Shown here in pieces: positions 8,924 through 18,112 of a stretch of 29,894 bases of DNA. A model generated the notes under the pieces. The model made no database searches. It was not told the DNA's origin and worked only from the letters and a program-made list of their open reading frames with translations. How positions within the stretch are numbered: the first letter of the stretch is position 1; each line of letters opens with the position of its first letter. This DNA is from a plasmid: the sequence record NZ_CP115547.1; one strand, 5' to 3'. Both the position numbers and the translations under genes were made by a program.

Positions 8924-9562
8924 CTAACTAAGTAAATCATAAATTTTACTCCTAATCCCATAAATCCCAGCTCTACTAGATTCATCTATAACAGCTTGTC
9001 CTGTGACTCTTAAATTAGCAATAGCGTTTGTTATATCAATTAAGATATTCTTTAGAGATTGAGAGTCATTTCTAATATCAATTTTATTGTTAGATTTAAT
9101 TAGGACTTTATTCTTGGCTATTAAGTCAATGTTATTATCTGAATGTATATCGATTTGGTTATTAGATTTAAGTTTAAGTTTATGCGTAGTCTTTAATGCT
9201 ATTTCATCACAAGCCATTTCTAGGTATTTAGGATTAATGATACTTAAGATATAGAAATGGTTTTTATCAAAGTTAATGTTATCATTTTCATTAAAAAGAT
9301 TGATGCTAGATTGAAGTAGTAATACTAATTCACCTTCATTAGGGTTTATATTGATATTTGATATATTATGTGTTTCAATTTCAAGATTATCAAATTCTTT
9401 TATTATTACAATACCTTTTTGTGAAGTTGTATCAAATGTTTTAATTGTACCTATTTTAGTAATAAAAATGTTACTGTATATCCATAGTTTTATTTCCTCT
9501 TGTGTTAGAGTTGATCCATAAAAATTTTGATTCATTCTGTAAAGATCGTAATTTAGAGTCAT
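8924..9562 (-). CDS. Baseplate spike protein (gpV/gp5-like, 212 aa)
   Basis: N-terminal OB-like region followed by periodic repeats typical of a beta-helical spike (NNQIDIHSDNNIDLIAKNKVLIKSNNKIDIRND...). Confidence 0.4.
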   Translation of the reverse strand: MTLNYDLYRMNQNFYGSTLTQEEIKLWIYSNIFITKIGTIKTFDTTSQKGIVIIKEFDNLEIETHNISNININPNEGELVLLLQSSINLFNENDNINFDKNHFYILSIINPKYLEMACDEIALKTTHKLKLKSNNQIDIHSDNNIDLIAKNKVLIKSNNKIDIRNDSQSLKNILIDITNAIANLRVTGQAVIDESSRAGIYGIRSKIYDLLS

Positions 9563-9573
9563 TAAACCTCCTT

Positions 9574-10542
9574 TTAAATTAAATTTTCACGTCTTATTAA
9601 GTCATCTATTACTCTATGATTAGAGTCATCATAAAGTTTAAGCATTAAAGAGCACTCAGCATAATTACTAAGAATAGCTGATACGTCCTCAATAGTATTG
9701 TGTATAGTATTTCCCAAGTTATCAATAAAGGATACCTTATCCCCAACTCTAAGTTCATGAGTATAGGCTACCTTAGCATTCCATCTTATTTGTGTAACCT
9801 TGTAATTAGGGCCTATTGATACTTCTTGTTGTGGGATAAATTCTAGTCCATAATCTTCAAGGGGCTCATAGTAAATATTACGTTGAGCACCATTGGTATT
9901 ACTAGTAAAAATAAAGTTACACTCAAGCGTGTTAGTAGCATTACCAATATCTGGGATAACTTTTTGTATGTACTGATAAGACATTTTAGAAATAAACTCT
10001 TGTGGGGTTTTGGCAGTGAGGTTTTCAGTTATGAACCTGTTCTTATCAATGCTACTCATTTTAATAATGTTTTTACCAGGAAATACCCACTCAATAGCTT
10101 GCCCCACAGTCATGCCTTTAAATTGTTTATTTTTAAGATCACGGTTAAAGAAATTATCCTTAGTAGCTAAATGGAGTGTAATCTCAACACAGGAATCTCC
10201 ATTAGGATAATCGGTGCTCATAGGCACTCCAATGAAACCGGACGTGATAAATTGAAAGTTTTTTTGACTTGAATATTTTTTATAAAATATTTTAACAACA
10301 TCACCATGATTAACATTGGAAGTGAAATCTAAAGGTAAATTCCAAAGTACTAATTTGACTTGTTTGCTTTTTATATAACTAAAATTTGAGTAAACATTAG
10401 AAATAGATATATCAACATGTATTCCATCTTGAGTGTCAATTATGATATAAGGTGAAGATGAAATTATATCATTGTTAATGTCTTGTTTTTTTGAAACTTT
10501 ATAAAATTCAATTTTGAAGTCATATTTAAGTACCTTAATCAT
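9574..10542 (-). CDS. gpD-like tail / late-control protein (322 aa)
   Basis: Size and position after the U-like gene and before the spike gene. Confidence 0.35.
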   Translation of the reverse strand: MIKVLKYDFKIEFYKVSKKQDINNDIISSSPYIIIDTQDGIHVDISISNVYSNFSYIKSKQVKLVLWNLPLDFTSNVNHGDVVKIFYKKYSSQKNFQFITSGFIGVPMSTDYPNGDSCVEITLHLATKDNFFNRDLKNKQFKGMTVGQAIEWVFPGKNIIKMSSIDKNRFITENLTAKTPQEFISKMSYQYIQKVIPDIGNATNTLECNFIFTSNTNGAQRNIYYEPLEDYGLEFIPQQEVSIGPNYKVTQIRWNAKVAYTHELRVGDKVSFIDNLGNTIHNTIEDVSAILSNYAECSLMLKLYDDSNHRVIDDLIRRENLI

Positions 10543-10546
10543 TTAT

Positions 10547-11313
10547 TTAACCTCGAGGCATGTATCCCATAGTAACTGGATTGTAAGTTGCCCTTGTGAT
10601 TGTTGGTATTTTAGGAGTTTTAATAGCTTTTAGTTTTTTATTAAACGTAGCATTTATTTTTTTGATTTCTTTGTTTATGTGTTTTGTTGCAAGTGGTTTT
10701 TGTTTTTCTTTAAGCAACTCAGATTCTTTTGTTTCATTATCAGTTGAGATATTATAATCAAATTTTTGAAGTGTAAATGTTTTAACAACTTCCATATTTA
10801 AACTAATTTCAACCTCATCAATATAAGGTGTATCTTTGAGTGTGATTGAGTTTATCACAACTAAGTCTTTAAGGCCAAATGTTGGGCTATAAGTGGTAAA
10901 TAGTACTTGAGCTTGAAGTCTAGATGCTAGTTGTTCTTTTGCTAAATTACCATCAAATGCTAAGAGTGCATTGCCAAAAGGAGTAGATTTAAGTAAATTG
11001 ATCATTTCTTTGTAAGGACTTGTGAGTATGCCTTTGGGTAGTGATATAAATTCTCCAGTGAGTATAGGATTATAGCTAACATATTCAGCTTTACGTGAGT
11101 AGTAATTTATAACTGGTCTTTTTGAACATGTGGTGTTATAAGTTCTAGTAATAAGCTCATTTTTGGGTTGAATAAAAAATAATTGTGGTAAGTATCCCAT
11201 TCCTTTAAGATCGGGTCTTGGAAACAATAATATAAAATTGTGACTACTAAGTACTGAAGTGATTCCTCTTAATATGTCTCTGATTAAATTTAATATTTCA
11301 TTAGAATTCACAC
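10547..11313 (-). CDS. gpU-like tail protein, probable GTG start (about 255 aa)
   Basis: AAGGAG at 11323..11318 sits 4 nt upstream of a GTG at 11313..11311. The annotated ATG start at 11521 would overlap the preceding gene by 194 nt in another frame. Confidence 0.4.
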
Positions 11314-11327
11314 CTAACTCCTTCTTT

Positions 11328-12632
11328 TTAAGGTAGCGTAGTTGATTCGTCTCTATCACCCGTATGAGTAGTACTCTTATAATATGCATTAAGACTCTCA
11401 CCACTATCACCACCCAAAACACTAGGGAGAATTGATTTAAGTTTTGCAAAAAAGTACTCAAAAGAAAATATATTTTTAATGCCTTGTATAAGTGGATTAA
11501 TGATATTTTTTTGAAAATCAAAGCTACGGGTCCAAGTAATTATTTGTAGCAAGTATTTTGATACGGGTGTTAAAATATCACTGGTCAATTTTTTAAGCTC
11601 GTCATCTAATTTTTTAACATCACTTTCTGCTTTTTCAACTGGTCCTAAGTGTTTTGTAAGATCAAGTGAAGTAAAGTCATGCAGTACTTGTTTTAGCATT
11701 CCAGTAGCAATACTTGGTTCATAAATTACATTTGCTTCGTATTTATCTTTAGCATACTCTAAGTATTTATCCCCAAATCCTTCAAATTGGCTCATTAAAG
11801 TAAATATAGAGTCTCCTTTTCCACTTAGTAAATCAGAAACTGATGATATGGCCCCCTCACTTGAGGCGATACCACTACCTTTGATTTTGGCAGCAAGTTC
11901 AACTGCCGTGTAGAGTGTCTCTTTATTACTGATTCCCATGTTTTTAAGAGTGCTCTTAAGGACACCAGATTTATTTAAGAAGTCTTCTCGTTCTATGCCT
12001 GACTCGAATGATTTAATACTTTTTAGTTTACCCAGTAGAGTGGTTTTCTCATCACTACCGAAAAATTTAGAACTAATTAGTGACATTCTTGCTTGAGTTG
12101 ATTTTTCCTTAAGAACACCAACTATATACCCTTTAGCACTTGTAAAAGCATTAGATAGGATGTTGCCAATAGCAGAACCAATTGCAATCCCAGGAATAGT
12201 GATACTTTTGCTTGCTTTTGAGATTAATTTTCTTTTTTGTTTAGTCTCTTCTTTTAAATTTTTATACTGTAATGCTCGTAAGTCTTTTGATGACATAAGT
12301 GACCGCTTAAAAGCCTCATATCTTGCTTTTTGGAATGTATGACCTTGTTTAATTAGTTTTTTTGTTTCACTTAGTCTAAATTTTTCTACTTTTTCTCTTA
12401 AATGTTCATATTTAGTTTGTTTTTTAAGCTCACGTTTTTTTTCATTTAAGTTATATTTGATAAAATCTTTTGTGCTGCCAAGTCTTATTCGTTTTGGTTT
12501 AATTAACTTTTCTATACGAGAAATATCATTTTCTAATGATTTACGTGTTGATGCGTGATCTAGGATACCTTTAAATTTAATTGTAAATTTGTCATTCACC
12601 CTTAATACCTCACCGAGATAGAATAAGTTCAA
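11328..12632 (-). CDS. Tail tape measure protein (434 aa)
   Basis: Coiled-coil, Lys/Glu-rich N-terminal half followed by a Gly/Ala/Ser-rich hydrophobic segment (ITIPGIAIGSAIGNILSNAF); follows the chaperone pair. Confidence 0.5.
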   Translation of the reverse strand: MNLFYLGEVLRVNDKFTIKFKGILDHASTRKSLENDISRIEKLIKPKRIRLGSTKDFIKYNLNEKKRELKKQTKYEHLREKVEKFRLSETKKLIKQGHTFQKARYEAFKRSLMSSKDLRALQYKNLKEETKQKRKLISKASKSITIPGIAIGSAIGNILSNAFTSAKGYIVGVLKEKSTQARMSLISSKFFGSDEKTTLLGKLKSIKSFESGIEREDFLNKSGVLKSTLKNMGISNKETLYTAVELAAKIKGSGIASSEGAISSVSDLLSGKGDSIFTLMSQFEGFGDKYLEYAKDKYEANVIYEPSIATGMLKQVLHDFTSLDLTKHLGPVEKAESDVKKLDDELKKLTSDILTPVSKYLLQIITWTRSFDFQKNIINPLIQGIKNIFSFEYFFAKLKSILPSVLGGDSGESLNAYYKSTTHTGDRDESTTLP

Positions 12633-12846
12633 GTATTTGTTTTTCTATTTTGTCCTGTGCTATTTTATTAACCTCAACAAGTTCATCATAGTACATACCC
12701 TTAACATCACTATAAGAGCAAACATTCATAAACACTGGTAAATGGTATTTATTGTTTTGAACCTTTTCAATTAAATTGAAGTAGCGTTCTTTAACTATTT
12801 CAATATTTTTTATAAAGTTTGTAGTTTCTTTATTATAGTTATGCAC
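12610..12846 (-). CDS. Tail assembly chaperone-position small protein (78 aa, GTG start)
   Basis: Starts at a GTG that overlaps the stop of the upstream gene (GTGCATAA); lies between the tube and tape measure genes. Confidence 0.3.
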   Translation of the reverse strand: MHNYNKETTNFIKNIEIVKERYFNLIEKVQNNKYHLPVFMNVCSYSDVKGMYYDELVEVNKIAQDKIEKQILELILSR

Positions 12847-13282
12847 AAATTTGATCCGTATTTTTTATGTTATTAATAACATACTCGTAATTAAATTCTT
12901 CATCATTGATATAATCAAAGACAACAAAATCACCTACATTGTTTTGATATTCTTTAAGAAAAATAAAAGATGGCTTTTTAAAGTCCGTGTCTAAATGAAA
13001 AGTATTAAACTGAACAGAATATATAATTGCAATAAGATAATCCTTATAATAAGTTGAAAATTCTCTATTATCATCTAATATAAGATAAAATTCATCTAGA
13101 AAGCCGGGTTTTATCATCAAATTAGTAATTTCTCTTAGGTATTTAACCTCACTAAGTTTTTGAACACTTTCATTTTGCATAAAGCCTAGTACTGTGTCCC
13201 ACTCGTACATCGGAAGTACTCTTAACGGGTACTGGTGTGTTTTGTCTTTACCAAGTATGTGCATTTTATATTTTGTAATCAT
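12839..13282 (-). CDS. Tail assembly chaperone-position protein (147 aa; P2 gpE/lambda gpG-like position)
   Basis: Position between the tube and tape measure genes; contains an in-frame A_AAA_AAT heptamer near its 3' end. Confidence 0.3.
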   Translation of the reverse strand: MITKYKMHILGKDKTHQYPLRVLPMYEWDTVLGFMQNESVQKLSEVKYLREITNLMIKPGFLDEFYLILDDNREFSTYYKDYLIAIIYSVQFNTFHLDTDFKKPSFIFLKEYQNNVGDFVVFDYINDEEFNYEYVINNIKNTDQICA

Positions 13283-13295
13283 TGTATTATATCCT

Positions 13296-13724
13296 TTAAT
13301 TTGGTTTAGTTATTACTTCACAATTGATTGCTCTAATCTCAAATGTGACCTTTTCAGACTCAGCAGAATAACTCCTTGCAGGCTCCTCAGTAAATACTGC
13401 CACATTACTAATAATTTTTGTTTTAATTTGATCATTAAATACAAGGTCCAGTATCTTATCATTTTTAGTTACATTCATGTTATAAAACTGATCACTTGCA
13501 AGTTGTGTGAGCAAGATATAATCTTGAGAGCCAAGTGTTACTTCAAGATGAAAGATAAAAGTTATGGTTTTAGGATCCCTAAAACTAACCACAGGCATAC
13601 CCCTATCTTCACTACTAATTACTGCTCTTGAGGTGGGCTCACTAGTTAGTTCTAATTTACCACTACTTATTTGCTTGCCACCTATTGAGAAGTAAATGTC
13701 TTTCATATCATATAAATTATTCAA
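13296..13724 (-). CDS. Tail tube protein (142 aa)
   Basis: Size and position directly after the sheath-size gene. Confidence 0.45.
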   Translation of the reverse strand: MNNLYDMKDIYFSIGGKQISSGKLELTSEPTSRAVISSEDRGMPVVSFRDPKTITFIFHLEVTLGSQDYILLTQLASDQFYNMNVTKNDKILDLVFNDQIKTKIISNVAVFTEEPARSYSAESEKVTFEIRAINCEVITKPN

Positions 13725-13727
13725 TGT

Positions 13728-14855
13728 TTATAGTCCTCCTATATTACTGAGGTAGTCTCCAATGTCTTGTGATGTGATATTAAGAGTTACACTGTTCATG
13801 CTGAAGTTGTAAATAATACCAACAGACAATTCAAGTTTTAAATTTGGGCTTGGATTTATCTTCATGCTTAAACCCTCATATGCGACAATAATGCCTTTAT
13901 CAATAAAGTTTTTAAGCGTGCATTCCAAAGTGGTAGTGTAAGCACTATCTCTTTTACCATCAAGTTGCAAAGCAGACAATTTACTATTTGCTCTGTTATT
14001 TGCGTTCCATACACGAATAAGCTTGGATGTAAGTTCATATTTGATATAATCATAAGTAAAAAGTTCATCAATTGGTTTACCAGAAAGAGTTACTCCTTCT
14101 TTGAAGGCGGGTATTCCATCAAGACCAGTTTCATTAAGAAGTGTGTAAAAGTTAATATTAGCGCTTCTAAGTTTACTGATTGTATCATCCTCAGTAATAG
14201 GGTTTATACCACTAAATTTAAGTCCATAAGGATTAGTAGAGTGGAATATGCTAGCTTCATGAAGATACCGACTTATAAATCTTAAATGCAGATGTTCGTC
14301 TGCTTTGGAGTGGATAACAATAATCCTAGATTTAGCATTACTGCCATTGTTAAACAACTCTTTTATTTCAGACTCTTTAGTTGCAAATACAAAGAAGTGC
14401 TTATCATCCTTAAAATGTGTATAGTCATCTTTATACACGGTTAGTCCATCACCACCATCATTATTACTTGCATAGGTATTAATAAGGGTTACAAAAGTAT
14501 TTCTGTTTTGTATGAGGTGTGTTTTAATTGCTTTTGATTCATTTGAGTCTTTATATATAAGTAATTTAACTGATCTAAGTCCCGTATCACCAGAAGAAAA
14601 GAATGATCCTATCCCTTTAGTTAGGTATGCTTTTTCTTTATTAAACTCATCCTCTCCATTGCTACCTTCTTTTTCAAGTGTGTTAATTTGCTTTTCAAAG
14701 TTATTTATATTCAAGTTTAGTATCTTTACTTTAGGTGTTGACTCATTAAGCTTAATTTTTGCGCATTTATATACAAGTAGTGGCGCATAATAATTTACAT
14801 ATTTTATATCTAAAGTTTCATGAATTAAATTGACATTAATTGTATCTTGTGGCAT
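13728..14855 (-). CDS. Contractile tail sheath protein (375 aa)
   Basis: The largest gene directly upstream of the tube-size gene. Confidence 0.45.
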   Translation of the reverse strand: MPQDTINVNLIHETLDIKYVNYYAPLLVYKCAKIKLNESTPKVKILNLNINNFEKQINTLEKEGSNGEDEFNKEKAYLTKGIGSFFSSGDTGLRSVKLLIYKDSNESKAIKTHLIQNRNTFVTLINTYASNNDGGDGLTVYKDDYTHFKDDKHFFVFATKESEIKELFNNGSNAKSRIIVIHSKADEHLHLRFISRYLHEASIFHSTNPYGLKFSGINPITEDDTISKLRSANINFYTLLNETGLDGIPAFKEGVTLSGKPIDELFTYDYIKYELTSKLIRVWNANNRANSKLSALQLDGKRDSAYTTTLECTLKNFIDKGIIVAYEGLSMKINPSPNLKLELSVGIIYNFSMNSVTLNITSQDIGDYLSNIGGL

Positions 14856-15410
14856 TTACCTCTCCTTTAAATGTCCTTTGTCCTTTGTTGGTGTTTCTAT
14901 TATTTGAATATTGGCTTTAAATAAACTGCTTGCACAGTATGCTAGGCTTTCATGATTAGAGTTTAGTTTTAAGAACCCGCTTTGATTTAAGTTTGACGTA
15001 CTATAAATATATATGTTAATCAAAGTAGTATATTCATCAGCATCAATACTAAATTTATGTGTGTCCCCGTTATAAAGGAAATCACTAAAGTGTGAGTATA
15101 GCCCCAATACTCTTGTGTATGCATTCTTATCAGTATCATTTTGTGTAAAACAAATAAAATATAGCGTAAAGAATATACCTAGCTCATTGACGTTATCATA
15201 AAATGCTCCAGTTCTCATATTGTGCTTAAATAAATCATCAACATTATCAAACTTAATAACTAAAATATTGCACTTTTCTACTGTAAGCTTTGATATATAT
15301 GGATGGTTATACGTATTGATGATTTGTATATCAAACTCGTGAGCAACCTCTTTAAATTTTTGCAGTATGCTAATTATGTACTTTTGAAGTGTGTATATAT
15401 CAAGTATCAT
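14856..15410 (-). CDS. Tail completion / head-tail joining protein (184 aa)
   Basis: One of a tightly packed run of small overlapping ORFs between the capsid-like and sheath-like genes. Confidence 0.3.
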   Translation of the reverse strand: MILDIYTLQKYIISILQKFKEVAHEFDIQIINTYNHPYISKLTVEKCNILVIKFDNVDDLFKHNMRTGAFYDNVNELGIFFTLYFICFTQNDTDKNAYTRVLGLYSHFSDFLYNGDTHKFSIDADEYTTLINIYIYSTSNLNQSGFLKLNSNHESLAYCASSLFKANIQIIETPTKDKGHLKER

Positions 15411-15784
15411 GTATTAATCCTAGCCTCAATTGTTTCAAGCATTAGTCCAGTGTCAATTAAAGGTGTTGCTGGGTATGCTCTTCCTTTAGCGCGCTTAGTA
15501 GCAATTGTACTTTGCTTTAACTTGGGAGTTATCTTGCCTGATAAGACGTAATCTTTGTAAAAGTTAATAAACAATTCTCCTAAGGCTTTCATACCAACCT
15601 CAATACCCTTATCAAACTCATTTTGCAGGTACGGGGTATTAATGTACTCTTTAAACTCACTTGAGGATGCTACCTCATTTAAGTGTTTACGAATAGGTAA
15701 TTTATCACTTCCCAGCTCATGTATACGTGCTATAGAGGATCTTACATCAAACCAACCAATCTCAAGTTCTATATCTATGTCCAT
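15407..15784 (-). CDS. Tail completion / connector protein (125 aa)
   Basis: Same run of small genes; 4-nt overlap with the gene on its downstream side and 10-nt overlap with the gene on its upstream side. Confidence 0.3.
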   Translation of the reverse strand: MDIDIELEIGWFDVRSSIARIHELGSDKLPIRKHLNEVASSSEFKEYINTPYLQNEFDKGIEVGMKALGELFINFYKDYVLSGKITPKLKQSTIATKRAKGRAYPATPLIDTGLMLETIEARINT

Positions 15785-16152
15785 GATATACTCCTTAAAA
15801 TAAGTGTCCTATACCCTGCACTAGAGTCAATTTTAACTATTTCAAAGTACTCTTCACAAAGTGATACTCTACACTTAAGATTAAATTCTAAGTTTTCATA
15901 TGTATAAAGCTTAGATAAATGCTCTGCATCAGAAAGACCAGAGTCTTCAATTAAAGTAAGTTCACTAGGAGTAATATCAATAATAATGCCAACAAACTCT
16001 GTGTAGTTAGCTTTATTAAAGGTGATCTCATTACTTGCAAATTCTTCATCTCTAAAGTGTGTACCCTTATAAAACTTGAGAAGTGAATCCTGCGAAAACT
16101 TATCAATCATTCGGATTGCCATACTAGAGAGTCTATGACGCAAAAGTTTCAT
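15775..16152 (-). CDS. Head-tail connector protein (125 aa)
   Basis: Same run; directly abuts the neighbouring gene. Confidence 0.3.
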   Translation of the reverse strand: MKLLRHRLSSMAIRMIDKFSQDSLLKFYKGTHFRDEEFASNEITFNKANYTEFVGIIIDITPSELTLIEDSGLSDAEHLSKLYTYENLEFNLKCRVSLCEEYFEIVKIDSSAGYRTLILRSISWT

Positions 16153-16548
16153 TTAAACAACCCCTATGGAGTAGGTTTTAGGGCTAAGTGTACCTGATTT
16201 AATTTGTGTTACAAGATTTTCAAAGGAAGAACAATAGTCCAACCCGTTACAATTTTCTTGCTGGTAATAATCAATCTCAAGTTCACCAAGCTTTTCCTTT
16301 TTTATTTGTACAAACTCATTTATCACACCACAACGTCTAAGCTGGCATCCTATATGATAAATTAGTAGTAGTGATATCTGATTAGCATTAAGTGTGTTTA
16401 AGTTAATACCACGTGTTTCAAGTATCATTTCAAGTAAGTTTGCTTGGTTTTCAAACATATCAAAGCTTAAATCTGCTTCACTTACACCAAGTAAGGATTT
16501 AATACTCGTGTATATGTCTTTAAATCCATCAGACTCACTACTACTCAT
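16153..16548 (-). CDS. Head completion protein (131 aa)
   Basis: Same run; follows the capsid-size gene. Confidence 0.3.
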   Translation of the reverse strand: MSSSESDGFKDIYTSIKSLLGVSEADLSFDMFENQANLLEMILETRGINLNTLNANQISLLLIYHIGCQLRRCGVINEFVQIKKEKLGELEIDYYQQENCNGLDYCSSFENLVTQIKSGTLSPKTYSIGVV

Positions 16549-16552
16549 ACTT

Positions 16553-17530
16553 TTAACTTTGCTTAATATTAACTCTTAATATGCTTTTACCAGTTGCAAT
16601 AAGTCCTCCAAGCACAAAATCAAGATATGAGTGTGCAATATCAGTTGAATCCTTATCTATTTGCTCATTTGGCATTGGTAACATGTATTTGCTTGGCTTA
16701 AATTTAATTAATTCTGGATTTAATGGGTAAATCAGTATTTGATGTGCAAGTAAGTTACTTGTTTGCACGTAAACGTCTTTTCTATTATTAACAGCTTTAA
16801 TAGTCTTAATAAGGAAGTCTTCCCATGAATCAGTTGATGAATACACATTAGATGATGAGGATGCACTTGGTATAGCATAAGGTTCAACTAGTTTCAAACT
16901 TGTTAATGGATCAACTAGTACCATAAATGGTGATGAGAATTCATCACCTAGCTCTAATTTGCTAAGTCCTTCTTTTATTTTTTCAAATATCTTATCCATC
17001 TTATCTTTATTGGAGGCCTCAACATCTTCTTTAATTTGATTTGGCATATTAAGCAGTCCATGCATGTTAGGAAGCAGACGCTTTTGGTTCTTACCGTCTT
17101 TTTGTATTGTGACAGTGCCCGTTAAAATAAAGTGATTTATAAGTTTAATAATCTCATTACTAGCAAGTTTATATGCTTCTCTGAATGGAAGTAAATTATT
17201 ATTTACATCACCTGCGTAATCATTATTTTGGTAATACTGCTGTGAGGTTTGCTTTAAGTGTCTAAACTTGTATTGTAATTTAAGATAGTGCAGTTGTGCT
17301 GTGTCTGACTTGAAACCAATAGTTGATATTCTCTTAACTTCATTTACTAATGTTGTAGGATTAGCATTAAGAAAAGCGTCCCATTTAATTGTTTTCAGGT
17401 ACCCTGCCTTTAAGTCAACGTCCTCTATTTGCTCACTAGAAAACCAATCATAAAATACTGGCATCTTAATCTCGGGAAATACATTTGATATCTCTTTAGC
17501 ATAATAGTTTTGATCAAATAAATCTGACAT
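16553..17530 (-). CDS. Putative major capsid protein (325 aa)
   Basis: Size and position between the scaffold/paralogue genes and the connector genes. Confidence 0.35.
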   Translation of the reverse strand: MSDLFDQNYYAKEISNVFPEIKMPVFYDWFSSEQIEDVDLKAGYLKTIKWDAFLNANPTTLVNEVKRISTIGFKSDTAQLHYLKLQYKFRHLKQTSQQYYQNNDYAGDVNNNLLPFREAYKLASNEIIKLINHFILTGTVTIQKDGKNQKRLLPNMHGLLNMPNQIKEDVEASNKDKMDKIFEKIKEGLSKLELGDEFSSPFMVLVDPLTSLKLVEPYAIPSASSSSNVYSSTDSWEDFLIKTIKAVNNRKDVYVQTSNLLAHQILIYPLNPELIKFKPSKYMLPMPNEQIDKDSTDIAHSYLDFVLGGLIATGKSILRVNIKQS

Positions 17531-17542
17531 TTTTAATCTCCT

Positions 17543-18097
17543 TTAACTTGGTTTACCTTTATTACCATAAATAGCCACATGAACCATACAAAGCTTTTTC
17601 TCAGAATCAAGTTCTATGGCGTCTGATAAAGCTACAGCATTAATTTTGCTATTACTTGAGCTTTTTTCAAGCTCGCCATTTGAATCAAATTTAAGTTTAT
17701 CTTTTCTTTTAATACCACTATTTTGTTTTGCAACTAAGTATCCAGTAAATTCCTCTGTAATAGGAAGGACTGTTGCAGTACTAGTAAACTCATCTATATC
17801 TATGCATATTCCATAAAGATCATCCTCACCCCCCACTGCAACATGTGGTTCATATTCTGGATCAATTACTTGTTTAACACCACGTTTATATGGATAACCT
17901 TTAAAGAAATAATTTTCTAATTTGTCATATCTGCTAGTAATAGTGCCACCTTGATTTGCAAAATGTAAATTTTTATCTCTAAAATCAACCGTGTTACTAA
18001 AGGTACTAACATAACTATTAGGATTTTTCATTTGTTTTTTTAGTGCCTTAGCTTTCTCTTCATATTGTTTTACTAGCTCGGTTATATTTGTTGACAT
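17543..18097 (-). CDS. Paralogue C of a tandem triplicated phage structural family (184 aa)
   Basis: Shares FRDKNLHFANQGGTITS...FFKGYPYKRGVK...EPHV.VGG.DLYGICIDIDEFTSTA..LPIT..FTGYLV with 18895..19455, at roughly 60% identity by eye. Confidence 0.5.
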   Translation of the reverse strand: MSTNITELVKQYEEKAKALKKQMKNPNSYVSTFSNTVDFRDKNLHFANQGGTITSRYDKLENYFFKGYPYKRGVKQVIDPEYEPHVAVGGEDDLYGICIDIDEFTSTATVLPITEEFTGYLVAKQNSGIKRKDKLKFDSNGELEKSSSNSKINAVALSDAIELDSEKKLCMVHVAIYGNKGKPS

Positions 18098-18112
18098 TTA
18101 TCCTCCTAAGTT

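Noticed and set aside
9883-10210. + strand ORFs (95 and 66 aa) inside the gpD-like gene, and similar antisense ORFs at 12160..12342, 13194..13631, 13868..14285, 14512..14790, 15303..15551, 15719..15907, 16394..16579, 17616..17816, 18399..18602, 18878..19075, 19244..19471, 21070..21300, 21866..22072, 25230..25499 and 29345..29581
   Set aside because: All are embedded antisense or out of frame in longer, tightly packed genes, have no RBS and show biased low-complexity composition. They are treated as spurious.
10547-11521. The full 324-aa ORF as annotated
   Set aside because: It would overlap the tape-measure gene by 194 nt, and its first 69 codons have no RBS. The internal GTG with a perfect AAGGAG fits operon packing.
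12610-12880. A -1 programmed frameshift fusing the 147-aa and 78-aa chaperone-position ORFs, lambda G/GT-style
   Set aside because: The 78-aa ORF is in the +1 frame, not -1, relative to the upstream gene. The -1 frame from the slippery heptamer terminates after ~17 codons. A coupled GTG restart is the simpler reading.
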